Shown here: positions 24,204-31,819 of the stretch, piece by piece
Position numbering within the stretch: the first letter of the stretch is position 1
Layout of the letters: each line of letters begins with the position of its first letter
IMG/VR virus record: IMGVR_UViG_3300010046_000001
Coordinates: 1 to 44,641 of that record
Length of the DNA: 44,641 bases
Reading direction: 5' to 3' (one strand)
DNA from: a virus
Notes under the pieces: generated by a model
Seen by the model: only the letters and a program-made list of their open reading frames with translations
What the model was told of the DNA's origin: nothing
Database searches by the model: none
Made by a program: the position numbers and the translations under genes

Positions 24204-24836
24204 TCACCTCATGTACGACGGACCCTTGCGGACGTTGTAACGAGCTTGCTGCACAGCTTGCCGCCGTCCTGGTCCCGGCGGATTGGCCGCTCGAGCCGCC
24301 TGTACCGCTTGTTGCATCTGCTGCTTCTGCTGCTGCTGGAACGATTGCTGTAGCGCGGGTCCGCCACCGGGCCGCACGGGTCCGAGCCCGATATCGGCGA
24401 TCTGCTGCGCCGACGGCATGAACTGGAAATACGAGCTACGATCCGGAAGCCCGAGCTGGGCTCTGGTCTGCAGTCCCTGCTGATCCGCTCCCGCCGCCGG
24501 GGTCCAATCCGGACTCGCTCCGCCCGCTCCCGTTCCCGTTACTCCCGCCCCCGGTACTCCACTCCCCGATGGCTGGGACAGGCGTCCCGCTAGAGAGCCC
24601 GTTGCCGACTGCTGCAGCGTCGGCATCATCCCCTGGTAGCTCGAGACCGCTTGCTGCATCGGGACCGATATCGCCGTGTTCGGGGGCTGGACCAGTTGGC
24701 CCACCATCGCTCGGTTCAGCAGGTCCGCCAGCATCTGTTCCCGTCGCGGCGCGGTCGTCTTCTGCATCTGCGTTTGCGTCCCGCGCGCCGACGTCTTCTC
24801 CGATTTGCCGACCAGCAGGTCCGACAATACCGACAT
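24204..24836 (-). CDS. Q/G/P-rich protein (210 aa)
   Basis: GAGGTG RBS 5 nt before ATG 24836. GC-rich third codon positions in this frame. Confidence 0.6.
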   Translation of the reverse strand: MSVLSDLLVGKSEKTSARGTQTQMQKTTAPRREQMLADLLNRAMVGQLVQPPNTAISVPMQQAVSSYQGMMPTLQQSATGSLAGRLSQPSGSGVPGAGVTGTGAGGASPDWTPAAGADQQGLQTRAQLGLPDRSSYFQFMPSAQQIADIGLGPVRPGGGPALQQSFQQQQKQQMQQAVQAARAANPPGPGRRQAVQQARYNVRKGPSYMR

Positions 24837-25299
24837 GCATCACCTCTTCGAGCTGCTTCTCGTAGACGATCGAAGCCATCTCGTATCCGTACCGGCGCAT
24901 GAGCCGCGTGAACGACGACTGCAGGAAGGACCGCCCGAGATACGATCGCTGGCAGCCACGCTCGCGAAAGTAGTCTTCCGCCTGCGAAACCATGTCCCGA
25001 GACACGCGGCACCCGGACCGCGCCCATGCCCATGTGATGCAGCCGTTGCGGCGCTTCCCGTCCACGTAGATTTTCGCCCCGAGCCAGGCAACGAGCTCGC
25101 CATCCTCGAGTGCCAGCAGCAGTCGCCCGTGCGGGGCGATGGCGACGTGGTCCGCAATCTCGTCCCAAATCTCTTCTTGCGTCCGAATGTCGCGCCCGTG
25201 TTCGTGTGCGGACTCGAGGATGGTATCGATGCCGCTGCGAATCTCGTCGGCGTACACCTCGAGCTGGGCAGGAGTCTGGACGACGTAGATACGCTGCAT
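24436..25299 (-). CDS. GNAT-like acetyltransferase-fold protein with a 133-aa out-of-frame overlapping tail (287 aa ORF)
   Basis: TGATG coupling upstream. LLLALEDGELVAWLG...AEDYFRERGCQRSYLG...MRRYGYEMASIVYEKQL follows GNAT topology. No in-frame stop until 24436. Confidence 0.5.
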   Translation of the reverse strand: MQRIYVVQTPAQLEVYADEIRSGIDTILESAHEHGRDIRTQEEIWDEIADHVAIAPHGRLLLALEDGELVAWLGAKIYVDGKRRNGCITWAWARSGCRVSRDMVSQAEDYFRERGCQRSYLGRSFLQSSFTRLMRRYGYEMASIVYEKQLEEVMHVGIVGPAGRQIGEDVGARDANADAEDDRAATGTDAGGPAEPSDGGPTGPAPEHGDIGPDAASGLELPGDDADAAAVGNGLSSGTPVPAIGEWSTGGGSNGNGSGRSESGLDPGGGSGSAGTADQSPARASGS

Positions 25300-25967
25300 C
25301 ACCGACCCCGCGAGTATGCCTTGGCGCCAACACGGGCGCCCTGCTCACGCTTGAAGGCTGCGTCCGTCAATTGGTCGTAGATCGAGCCGACGGCGCCTGC
25401 GAGCTCCACCTCATGCAGATAGAGGTAGGTGAGCTGTAGCGCGCCCCAGAGAACGGCTCGAGGCGAGACACCGATCAGTCCTATCGAATCCGTCGGCTGC
25501 GAGTTATTCGCAGGGTCCGAGTAGTAATCGAGCTGGATGGTGATCGCAGACGACTGTGTCGGCACGATCCAGATTTGGTCCATCCAGAGGTAGTAGGAGA
25601 GCCCGGACGGTGCCGGAACGGGATACGCTTCGTTCCGGTCTTGCATCGTGGATTGCGTCGCCCAGTCGATCCGCCCGCCCGGAAGCCGCCCGATCGGCAT
25701 GATCCATCCCGGGCCAGCCGTCGTCGGCGGATTGTATTGGTAGACCGCTGCCTCCACGACGAAATCCGACGGGAGCGCCGTCCCGAGATAGCTATTGGCC
25801 GCGATCGGAATCTGGACGCTGTTCTCCTGGTAGCGCCAGTCCGATGCCTGCTGCAGTCGCTCGATCGTCGTCGTGACGAATTCGGTGATCTGCGCGTCAC
25901 TCAGATCAGTTTGCACGGAGAGAACGACGTGCGCGCGAATCTGCTGTCGGATATCGTCCAGCGTCAC
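25299..25967 (-). CDS. head-tail adaptor / tail tubular protein A-like (222 aa), putative
   Basis: Position downstream of the capsid genes, size, and the ERLQQASDWRYQENS pattern. Weak. Confidence 0.4.
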   Translation of the reverse strand: MTLDDIRQQIRAHVVLSVQTDLSDAQITEFVTTTIERLQQASDWRYQENSVQIPIAANSYLGTALPSDFVVEAAVYQYNPPTTAGPGWIMPIGRLPGGRIDWATQSTMQDRNEAYPVPAPSGLSYYLWMDQIWIVPTQSSAITIQLDYYSDPANNSQPTDSIGLIGVSPRAVLWGALQLTYLYLHEVELAGAVGSIYDQLTDAAFKREQGARVGAKAYSRGR

Positions 25968-25994
25968 GGCTCATTCCCCCGTGCGGGGCGTCGG

Positions 25995-26180
25995 TTACTT
26001 TGCGTCCGACGCCTTGCCCCCACCACCAGTGATCGGCTTCGTGCGCGACGCTTCGATGTGGAAGCCGCCCTTCGACTTGGTCCAGTCGTCGCCGCCGCCT
26101 TCCGCTCGCTTGTCCTGGTTCGCCTGCGCGCCCTGCACCTTGGGGGGCAATGAGTCTGCGCCGGTGCCGTCCATCTTCAT
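25995..26180 (-). CDS. small basic/Gly-rich protein (61 aa)
   Basis: ATGA coupling to the upstream small ORF. Confidence 0.4.
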   Translation of the reverse strand: MKMDGTGADSLPPKVQGAQANQDKRAEGGGDDWTKSKGGFHIEASRTKPITGGGGKASDAK

Positions 26181-26338
26181 GCGAGGTAGTCCTTCTGCGG
26201 TCCGACCGGGCCGCGTCCTGTTGCTGCTTTCATCTTCGAGCGGAGCCCGCCCTTCAGCCCGCTCTTGATGGAGCCGGGGTTGAGCGGTGGCTTCGGCGTG
26301 CTCTTCAGCTTGCCGGGTTTCGGCACTGGGGGTCGCAT
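26177..26338 (-). CDS. small Lys/Pro/Gly-rich protein (53 aa, MRPPVPKPGKLKSTPKPP...)
   Basis: Hand-translated. Starts 1 nt after the stop at 26340 and ends in an ATGA overlap. Confidence 0.4.
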   Translation of the reverse strand: MRPPVPKPGKLKSTPKPPLNPGSIKSGLKGGLRSKMKAATGRGPVGPQKDYLA

Positions 26339-26339
26339 T

Positions 26340-26789
26340 CTATCCTCCCACTACGATGACGCGGACCAGATCGTTCGCCGCGATATCTGCGCCTGCGATT
26401 TCGGTCAGGGGACCAGCAGCGCCTTTGTACGCGCGCATCGTCCTGTTGATCGCGTCCCATACGATCAGGAACGGCTTCAGCGTCCACGTCTGCGGCGTGC
26501 CGGTTGGCGCTGTTGCCCATGAGATGCCGATCAGACCGTAGATATTCTTCCAACCGATCTGCGGCAGGATCGTCGCGAGACTGACCCCCGTCGCCGTGTA
26601 ATCGGCGGGGCTGACCCGGAGCCCGAGTACCTTGAACCCCATGCCCTTGATGAAGCGGTCTCCCTGTCGGAGTCCGCCCAAGTTCGGATCGGGTGAGAGG
26701 GAGATGGCGAGCTGTTCGGGACCGCCGACCTGCTCTTCCGGAGCTAGCGTCTCTTCCTTGGCTGCCTCTTCGTGCGCGTGCTTCACCAT
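26340..26789 (-). CDS. structural-module hypothetical protein (149 aa)
   Basis: TGATG overlap with the upstream small gene. Track ORF starts at GTG 26792. Confidence 0.6.
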   Translation of the reverse strand: MVKHAHEEAAKEETLAPEEQVGGPEQLAISLSPDPNLGGLRQGDRFIKGMGFKVLGLRVSPADYTATGVSLATILPQIGWKNIYGLIGISWATAPTGTPQTWTLKPFLIVWDAINRTMRAYKGAAGPLTEIAGADIAANDLVRVIVVGG

Positions 26790-26980
26790 CACCGCACCTT
26801 CCCGGGCGGCGGGTTCCCGCGATAGCGTGTCTCGTCGCTCGGAACTGCAGGACCGCCGCGTGCTCCGTAGTTCCCTTGCTTCTCCTTGGTCGTCTTCGGG
26901 ATATCGTCACACGTCCGCTGGACGGTGCGCGAGAGCGCCGTTTCGAGCGCGCTCTTCTTGTCGGTGACGGTTGCGCTCAT
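26789..26980 (-). CDS. small hypothetical protein (63 aa, MSATVTDKKSALETALS...)
   Basis: ATGA overlap with the capsid stop. This is the 3' end of shadow-looking track ORF 26789..28399. Confidence 0.45.
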   Translation of the reverse strand: MSATVTDKKSALETALSRTVQRTCDDIPKTTKEKQGNYGARGGPAVPSDETRYRGNPPPGKVR

Positions 26981-28344
26981 GGTGTGTAATCCGAGACGCC
27001 CTTTAGGCGCCCGTGTGCGCCGGGTCCGGCAGTCCCCGGGAGTCCGCCTGCAGTGGACGGCGAGACGCCTGAGAAGTGGACTTCCAGACCCAGCTCCGTG
27101 ATGAATTCGTCCTTGTTCGAATCGACGCCGTTCGGCTGCACGTTCTGCTTGAACTGAGTGTCGTCCAGAATGCGGAGCTTCAGGAACTGGACGTCCAGCG
27201 CGTAGCCATCTTTTCTCAGGACGGGGTCCATCGAAAGGAGTGGATGCTGCTTGAACAGGAGAGAGCCGAAGGGGGTCAGGTACCGGGTCAGCTTCAGCCC
27301 GTAGGTCTCGTCGGTGGGGACGGCTTCGATCATAAACTTGTTCTTCGCCATCCGGTTCCAAGCGTTCAGGAACGTGGAGCCGCAGAGCACCAGCTTTTCG
27401 CTCGCCCCGTAGCGGAAGACGTTCTCGCACCAGTTGTCCGCCGCCCGCTCGTTCAGCGTGCCGCCGAATGCGGTCCCGATATCCCAGTTGAGCGCTGGCG
27501 TGTTCGGATCGGTCGAAACGGTCGGCAGCCAGTTGAGCACGCCGCGTGTGGTCCGGAGCGGCTTCCCCTGCGACGTGCCGGTCAGATTCCCGGCGCCTCC
27601 GGGAATCGACGTTACCTCCATGCGCTCTCCGAGCAGGATCGCCCGCTCGATATCGAGGGAATGGAGCTGGAACGTCTGCCGCTGCTCTTCCGTGTACGGG
27701 CCGCTCGAGTCGTAGCGGGTCCGTGTGCGGAGCGCGGTCCGCGTGAATTCCATGGTGTTCCGGAATATCTGCGTGAAATTGTAGTGCCGGTAGGGCTGGT
27801 AGGTGACGGCATCCTTCGCGTCCGCGCCTTCCGGCGACCCGTTGCCGACGATCAGGATCGGATCGCCCGAGCCCGTCCCGTCGCCGAGTCCGCTGGACGC
27901 GCCGCCCGTCAATGCCGGGTTCGTCGCGATCTTGTGACCGTGGTCGCGGCGGACGGCGATCGAGCTGTTCGTGGTGCTGATCGAGATGACCAGAAGGTTC
28001 TCTTCTGTCGTCTCGTTCATCAGGATTTGACCCGGCGAGAAGATCGTCGGATCGTCCACCAGGATATACGCCGTCGCGTCGTCGGCTTGCCCCGCTGCGA
28101 TCGTGTCGCCGATGGCGGGCGGGTCGGTCGTCTTCGCGCCGTTCACGTTCGCCCGCTGCAGCGGCATGCCCTTCTCGAACCAGCGGAATTCCGCGTCGTC
28201 GGTCCGCTCGTCCGGCAGCATGCTCAAGATCGCAGTGAGCGGCGTATCCCCGTTCGGGAAGATCAGGTTGATTCCTTGCCGCCAGTTCTTGGGTCGTTCG
28301 TCGTCCGAGAAATTCCCGGTGCCGAACATTCCGAGGATTGCCAT
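26977..28344 (-). CDS. major capsid protein (455 aa)
   Basis: GGAGGGG RBS. Position after scaffold and portal, size, and N-terminus FSDDERPKNWRQGINLIFPNGDTPLTAILS, typical of podovirus HK97-fold capsids (memory). Confidence 0.8.
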   Translation of the reverse strand: MAILGMFGTGNFSDDERPKNWRQGINLIFPNGDTPLTAILSMLPDERTDDAEFRWFEKGMPLQRANVNGAKTTDPPAIGDTIAAGQADDATAYILVDDPTIFSPGQILMNETTEENLLVISISTTNSSIAVRRDHGHKIATNPALTGGASSGLGDGTGSGDPILIVGNGSPEGADAKDAVTYQPYRHYNFTQIFRNTMEFTRTALRTRTRYDSSGPYTEEQRQTFQLHSLDIERAILLGERMEVTSIPGGAGNLTGTSQGKPLRTTRGVLNWLPTVSTDPNTPALNWDIGTAFGGTLNERAADNWCENVFRYGASEKLVLCGSTFLNAWNRMAKNKFMIEAVPTDETYGLKLTRYLTPFGSLLFKQHPLLSMDPVLRKDGYALDVQFLKLRILDDTQFKQNVQPNGVDSNKDEFITELGLEVHFSGVSPSTAGGLPGTAGPGAHGRLKGVSDYTP

Positions 28345-28358
28345 TCAACCCCTCCGTC

Positions 28359-29216
28359 CTAGCGGCGTGCGAGCCGGTAGATCGATTTCTGCACAGCACT
28401 CATGGGCGCGGAGCGACGTCCGAGCCCGGTTCCCATCTCGGCGGCAGCGGGCCGGAACCGATCACGCGCGGACTGCATGGACGTGACGCGCCCGTTCTGG
28501 CGGCGCGGTTCCGGAACATCGATGTTGAACGCTTCGCGGAGCTCGGAGCGCGTCCGGCTGCCGATTTCGTGCAGCACCTGATCCGAGCTGTAGGAACGTC
28601 CCTGCCGCACCTCCGCCGCCACCTCTGCGGCGTGCTGGCGGACCAGACGCTGGTAGGGAAGCAGGTTCTGGTTCTGCTCCCAGAAGGCGCGCTTCATGTC
28701 GTCGCCTTCGCGATCGACCATGCTCTGCTGCTGCTGCGCGTGCATGTGCTGCGCGACCTGTTGCAGCACCGCCTGCTGGTGGTTCTGCGAGAGCTGAGAG
28801 CCGATCAGGATCGCGGACTGCAGGGCATTCGTCGCCATCTCGGCGCCGCGCTCGGGGTCCGCAATCATCTGGTTCCAGGTGTGCGGATCGACGCGGAAGA
28901 GGTTCATCGCCTCCCGGACGGGATCGGCTTGCGGTACCTCTTGTCCCTGGAACTGGCCGCGACGGAGGAATTCGAGCTCGCGCTCCATGCCTTCGCGGCG
29001 CGCGGACTCGGCGGCGAGACGTTCCCGCAAATCGGCGATCGGCTCGGGGATCGTCTGTCGCCCTTCGGGTTCCTCCGGTTCGTCGTCGCGCTCGTCCGGT
29101 CGCTCGAGCGGTGACGGAGGCGGAGCTTCCTGTTCGTCTTCCGGCATGCTCGGCGGACGCGGGCGTTCGACGTGCCCCATCATGTTGCCGAGACCCGTGC
29201 GGTAATCTTGGGCCAT
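28359..29216 (-). CDS. scaffolding protein, putative (285 aa; alternative GTG start 29234)
   Basis: Acidic, helical, Q/E-rich. Located between portal and capsid. Confidence 0.55.
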   Translation of the reverse strand: MAQDYRTGLGNMMGHVERPRPPSMPEDEQEAPPPSPLERPDERDDEPEEPEGRQTIPEPIADLRERLAAESARREGMERELEFLRRGQFQGQEVPQADPVREAMNLFRVDPHTWNQMIADPERGAEMATNALQSAILIGSQLSQNHQQAVLQQVAQHMHAQQQQSMVDREGDDMKRAFWEQNQNLLPYQRLVRQHAAEVAAEVRQGRSYSSDQVLHEIGSRTRSELREAFNIDVPEPRRQNGRVTSMQSARDRFRPAAAEMGTGLGRRSAPMSAVQKSIYRLARR

Positions 29217-29259
29217 AGCGCGCGTGTAGCGCACGCTATAGTATTACGCAAGCATGATA

Positions 29260-29281
29260 CAGAACCAGAAATCTGATTCTG
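29260..29281. promoter_or_regulatory. Inverted repeat CAGAACCAGA-AA-TCTGATTCTG in an AT-rich intergenic gap
   Basis: Read directly. Near-identical copy at 40596-40615. Confidence 0.6.
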
Positions 29282-29596
29282 CTATCGATCCCCGGCAGCT
29301 CTCGCTTGCGGCGCCTGCTGTACCGACACGCCCAGCGCTTCGAACGTGGCGATGACGCGGTCCACCTCGCTCGCCGCGCCGTGGCGCATGTAGAGCATGC
29401 GCTTCTCGGCTTTCGACATGGGCGGATGGTGAATGTAGAAGCGCTCGATCCGCTTCACCAGCGAGTCCCGATGGTCCCGGAGCACGTCCAGGACGATCGC
29501 AAGCGAGCCGTCCTGATGGAGCCGCTGAAAGACCCGCTTGGCGATATCGTCCGGGACTCTATGCGGAACTGTGACCAGTGTTCGACGTTTCACCAT
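29282..29596 (-). CDS. hypothetical protein (104 aa)
   Basis: Internal ATG of ORF 29282..29665. Overlaps the tail of the HTH gene. Confidence 0.45.
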   Translation of the reverse strand: MVKRRTLVTVPHRVPDDIAKRVFQRLHQDGSLAIVLDVLRDHRDSLVKRIERFYIHHPPMSKAEKRMLYMRHGAASEVDRVIATFEALGVSVQQAPQARAAGDR

Positions 29597-29834
29597 GGCG
29601 CAGTGTCTCGAAGAGACCGGGGGAGACGAAATGAATCCCGTACTTTCTCTGGTGCTCAAGCGCACGCTTCGCGACCTGGAGCTCGTCCTGCGAGATACGG
29701 TAGTAGCGTCCCTTCCCGTGCGGGACGTCCGGTGAGGGCTGAAGGCACCCGTTCTCGATCCACCACTGGATGCGGCGCCGGGTCACTCCGAGCAGGAACG
29801 CCGCCTCACCGACGCTGAGTAGCGGTCCGGTCAT
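29559..29834 (-). CDS. MerR/excisionase-type HTH protein (91 aa) inside the structural module
   Basis: ATGA overlap with the portal stop. LSVGEAAFLLGVTRRRIQWWIENG. Confidence 0.6.
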   Translation of the reverse strand: MTGPLLSVGEAAFLLGVTRRRIQWWIENGCLQPSPDVPHGKGRYYRISQDELQVAKRALEHQRKYGIHFVSPGLFETLRHGETSNTGHSSA

Positions 29835-31819
29835 CCAGGCGCCCCGGGCTGCATCTGGCTCGCGCGGCCCGCGCCCGGTCCCTGTCCGACGGGGAACCCA
29901 TCAGACCCCTGTGCCGGGGGCGGCGCCTGCGGTCCGCCGTTCGGGACGATGTTCCCCTGCTGCATCTGCTGCATGGCTTGCTGGTCCGGCATGATCGTCA
30001 CGAAATCCTGCAGGTTTTTGATTCCGCTGATGCGGAGCAATTCGGTGAACACCTCCATCACGTTGATCGTCGCGTTCGGCGGCATGACGATCGAGGGGTT
30101 CTGCATGCACATCTGCAGAATCTCCCGCAGCGTGTTGACCCACATTGCCTTATCGGTCGGAATGCCCTGCTCGAGCATCGGGATTCGGAAATCCCCCTGC
30201 AGGAGCTCGGGTCCGATATGAACCATCGGGTCCGACAGCATTTTCCGATACACATCTAACGTCGGAACTTGCAGGCGTTGAGAGAGGAACATCTTCGTGT
30301 TCTCGAGCATCATCTCCGCCCATTCGGTCATGCCCTGCGAGGCGCAGACGAGCCCGATCAGCTTCATGCGTCCGGAGGCGAGCGACATTTGCGCCTGCAC
30401 CTCCGTTGCCGCGCGCCGTCCGGTGTTACCGAGACCCTGCAGGAGCTTGTTCGCTCCGGTGATGGTCTCGATCAGATTCATCACCACGTCCGCATCCTGA
30501 AGGTGGCCTTGCGTGGTGTCCTGCACGGGCAATGGGAAAACCGCCTCTTTCGCGGCGCCCGTCGTGTAATGCTCCTTGTTGATCCGCCAGATTCCCGACG
30601 GGTTCGGATTCGTCCAGTCGATCGTCTCGATCAGCGACGGGTCCACGATGATCTCGTTGTTCAAGGTCTTCCGGACGGCCGCCATCCTGGCGTTGAAGAG
30701 CCAGGAGAGGTGGTACTGCAGACCCGAGATGGTCTCGACCATGGACGGCGTCGCCGGGGCGTGGACATCGTAGTTGATCTGGATACCGGCAAACGGGAAG
30801 CGGCGACCCGGGAGATTCGCCGCCTCCGCGCGAATGACACGCGCTCCATTCGCCAGCGTGAAGACCCACAGCGACGGCAGGTCATTCGTCCGCTGCGTAG
30901 GGAGCCCGAGCTGATTCGGCTTGCAGAACCACCACATCTCATGGAGCGAGACGTAGCCCTTGTCGTACTGGTCGATCTTCCCGCGCGTCCACTCATACGG
31001 CATGTTGACCGTCTCGCCGAGAGCAGACCGTCCGCCCGAGTAGGTCGTCACGTCCGGGTAGCCATAGCCCCCGGGCCGATACGGGATGAATTCGGTCCCC
31101 GCGTACATGCCTTCCGCCGCCTTGATTTCGATTTCCGTCGGCGAGCGGCGCATACGATGCGCGACGAATTCGCCGCGCTGGAAATCAGCGAGCGGGCGAT
31201 GCGGGTCCGGGAAGAAATCGAAGGGCGAGACGTTCATCGCCTCGTTGCCTTCGTAGGAGACGACGTCCTGCTCGGAGACGTAGTCTTCCGACTGCCCAGT
31301 GCCGAAGATATCGGGGGCGAAGGTGCGAACGAGCTGGGGCCACTCGCGGATCGTCCAGACGTTCTTGATGACGCCCCAGTCGTAGCGCAGCGCATCGAAC
31401 ATCCACTGGATCAGGATCAGGAGTCCGCGTGGACGCATGCGGTCCATCTGGTACTCGAGCAGATGCTCATGGAGCATCGCCGCCTGCACGTAGTCACCGA
31501 CCGGTTCGACCGGGAAGATCGGCTTCCGATCAGTAAAGACCGTGACTAGGAAGGCGAGGATCGATTGAATCTGCGCGTAGGTGTACGGGACGACGATCTT
31601 CTGGACGCCTTCGGTCAAGGCCCGTGCCGACGTCATCTTGTCTTCCTGGTCGGCGTAGCGGAATGAGCGGTAGAGCCGTTCCGACTCTCGCCAGCGGATA
31701 TGCCGCTGCGAGAAGCGCTGTTCAGACGCACGGACACGGTTCCGGATGGCTGTCGAGAGCCGGTCACTCAGAGAGGACGACTCGCGGGACAGCTCGTCCA
31801 CTACCTGTGGGTCCATCAT
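29831..31819 (-). CDS. portal protein (662 aa)
   Basis: ATGA overlap with the TerL stop. Size and position. Confidence 0.8.
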   Translation of the reverse strand: MMDPQVVDELSRESSSLSDRLSTAIRNRVRASEQRFSQRHIRWRESERLYRSFRYADQEDKMTSARALTEGVQKIVVPYTYAQIQSILAFLVTVFTDRKPIFPVEPVGDYVQAAMLHEHLLEYQMDRMRPRGLLILIQWMFDALRYDWGVIKNVWTIREWPQLVRTFAPDIFGTGQSEDYVSEQDVVSYEGNEAMNVSPFDFFPDPHRPLADFQRGEFVAHRMRRSPTEIEIKAAEGMYAGTEFIPYRPGGYGYPDVTTYSGGRSALGETVNMPYEWTRGKIDQYDKGYVSLHEMWWFCKPNQLGLPTQRTNDLPSLWVFTLANGARVIRAEAANLPGRRFPFAGIQINYDVHAPATPSMVETISGLQYHLSWLFNARMAAVRKTLNNEIIVDPSLIETIDWTNPNPSGIWRINKEHYTTGAAKEAVFPLPVQDTTQGHLQDADVVMNLIETITGANKLLQGLGNTGRRAATEVQAQMSLASGRMKLIGLVCASQGMTEWAEMMLENTKMFLSQRLQVPTLDVYRKMLSDPMVHIGPELLQGDFRIPMLEQGIPTDKAMWVNTLREILQMCMQNPSIVMPPNATINVMEVFTELLRISGIKNLQDFVTIMPDQQAMQQMQQGNIVPNGGPQAPPPAQGSDGFPVGQGPGAGRASQMQPGAPG

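Noticed and set aside
23901-24353. 150-aa plus-strand poly-Ala/Pro ORF
   Set aside because: It is the GCN/NGC mirror image of the Ala/Gly-rich minus-strand gene 23489-24199, which fits the operon spacing and has an ordinary-complexity C-terminal half.
29236-29246. T7-promoter-like string on the minus strand (TAATACTATAG) upstream of the scaffold gene
   Set aside because: It is too short and lacks the central part of the T7-type consensus. No phage RNA polymerase gene is present in the genome.
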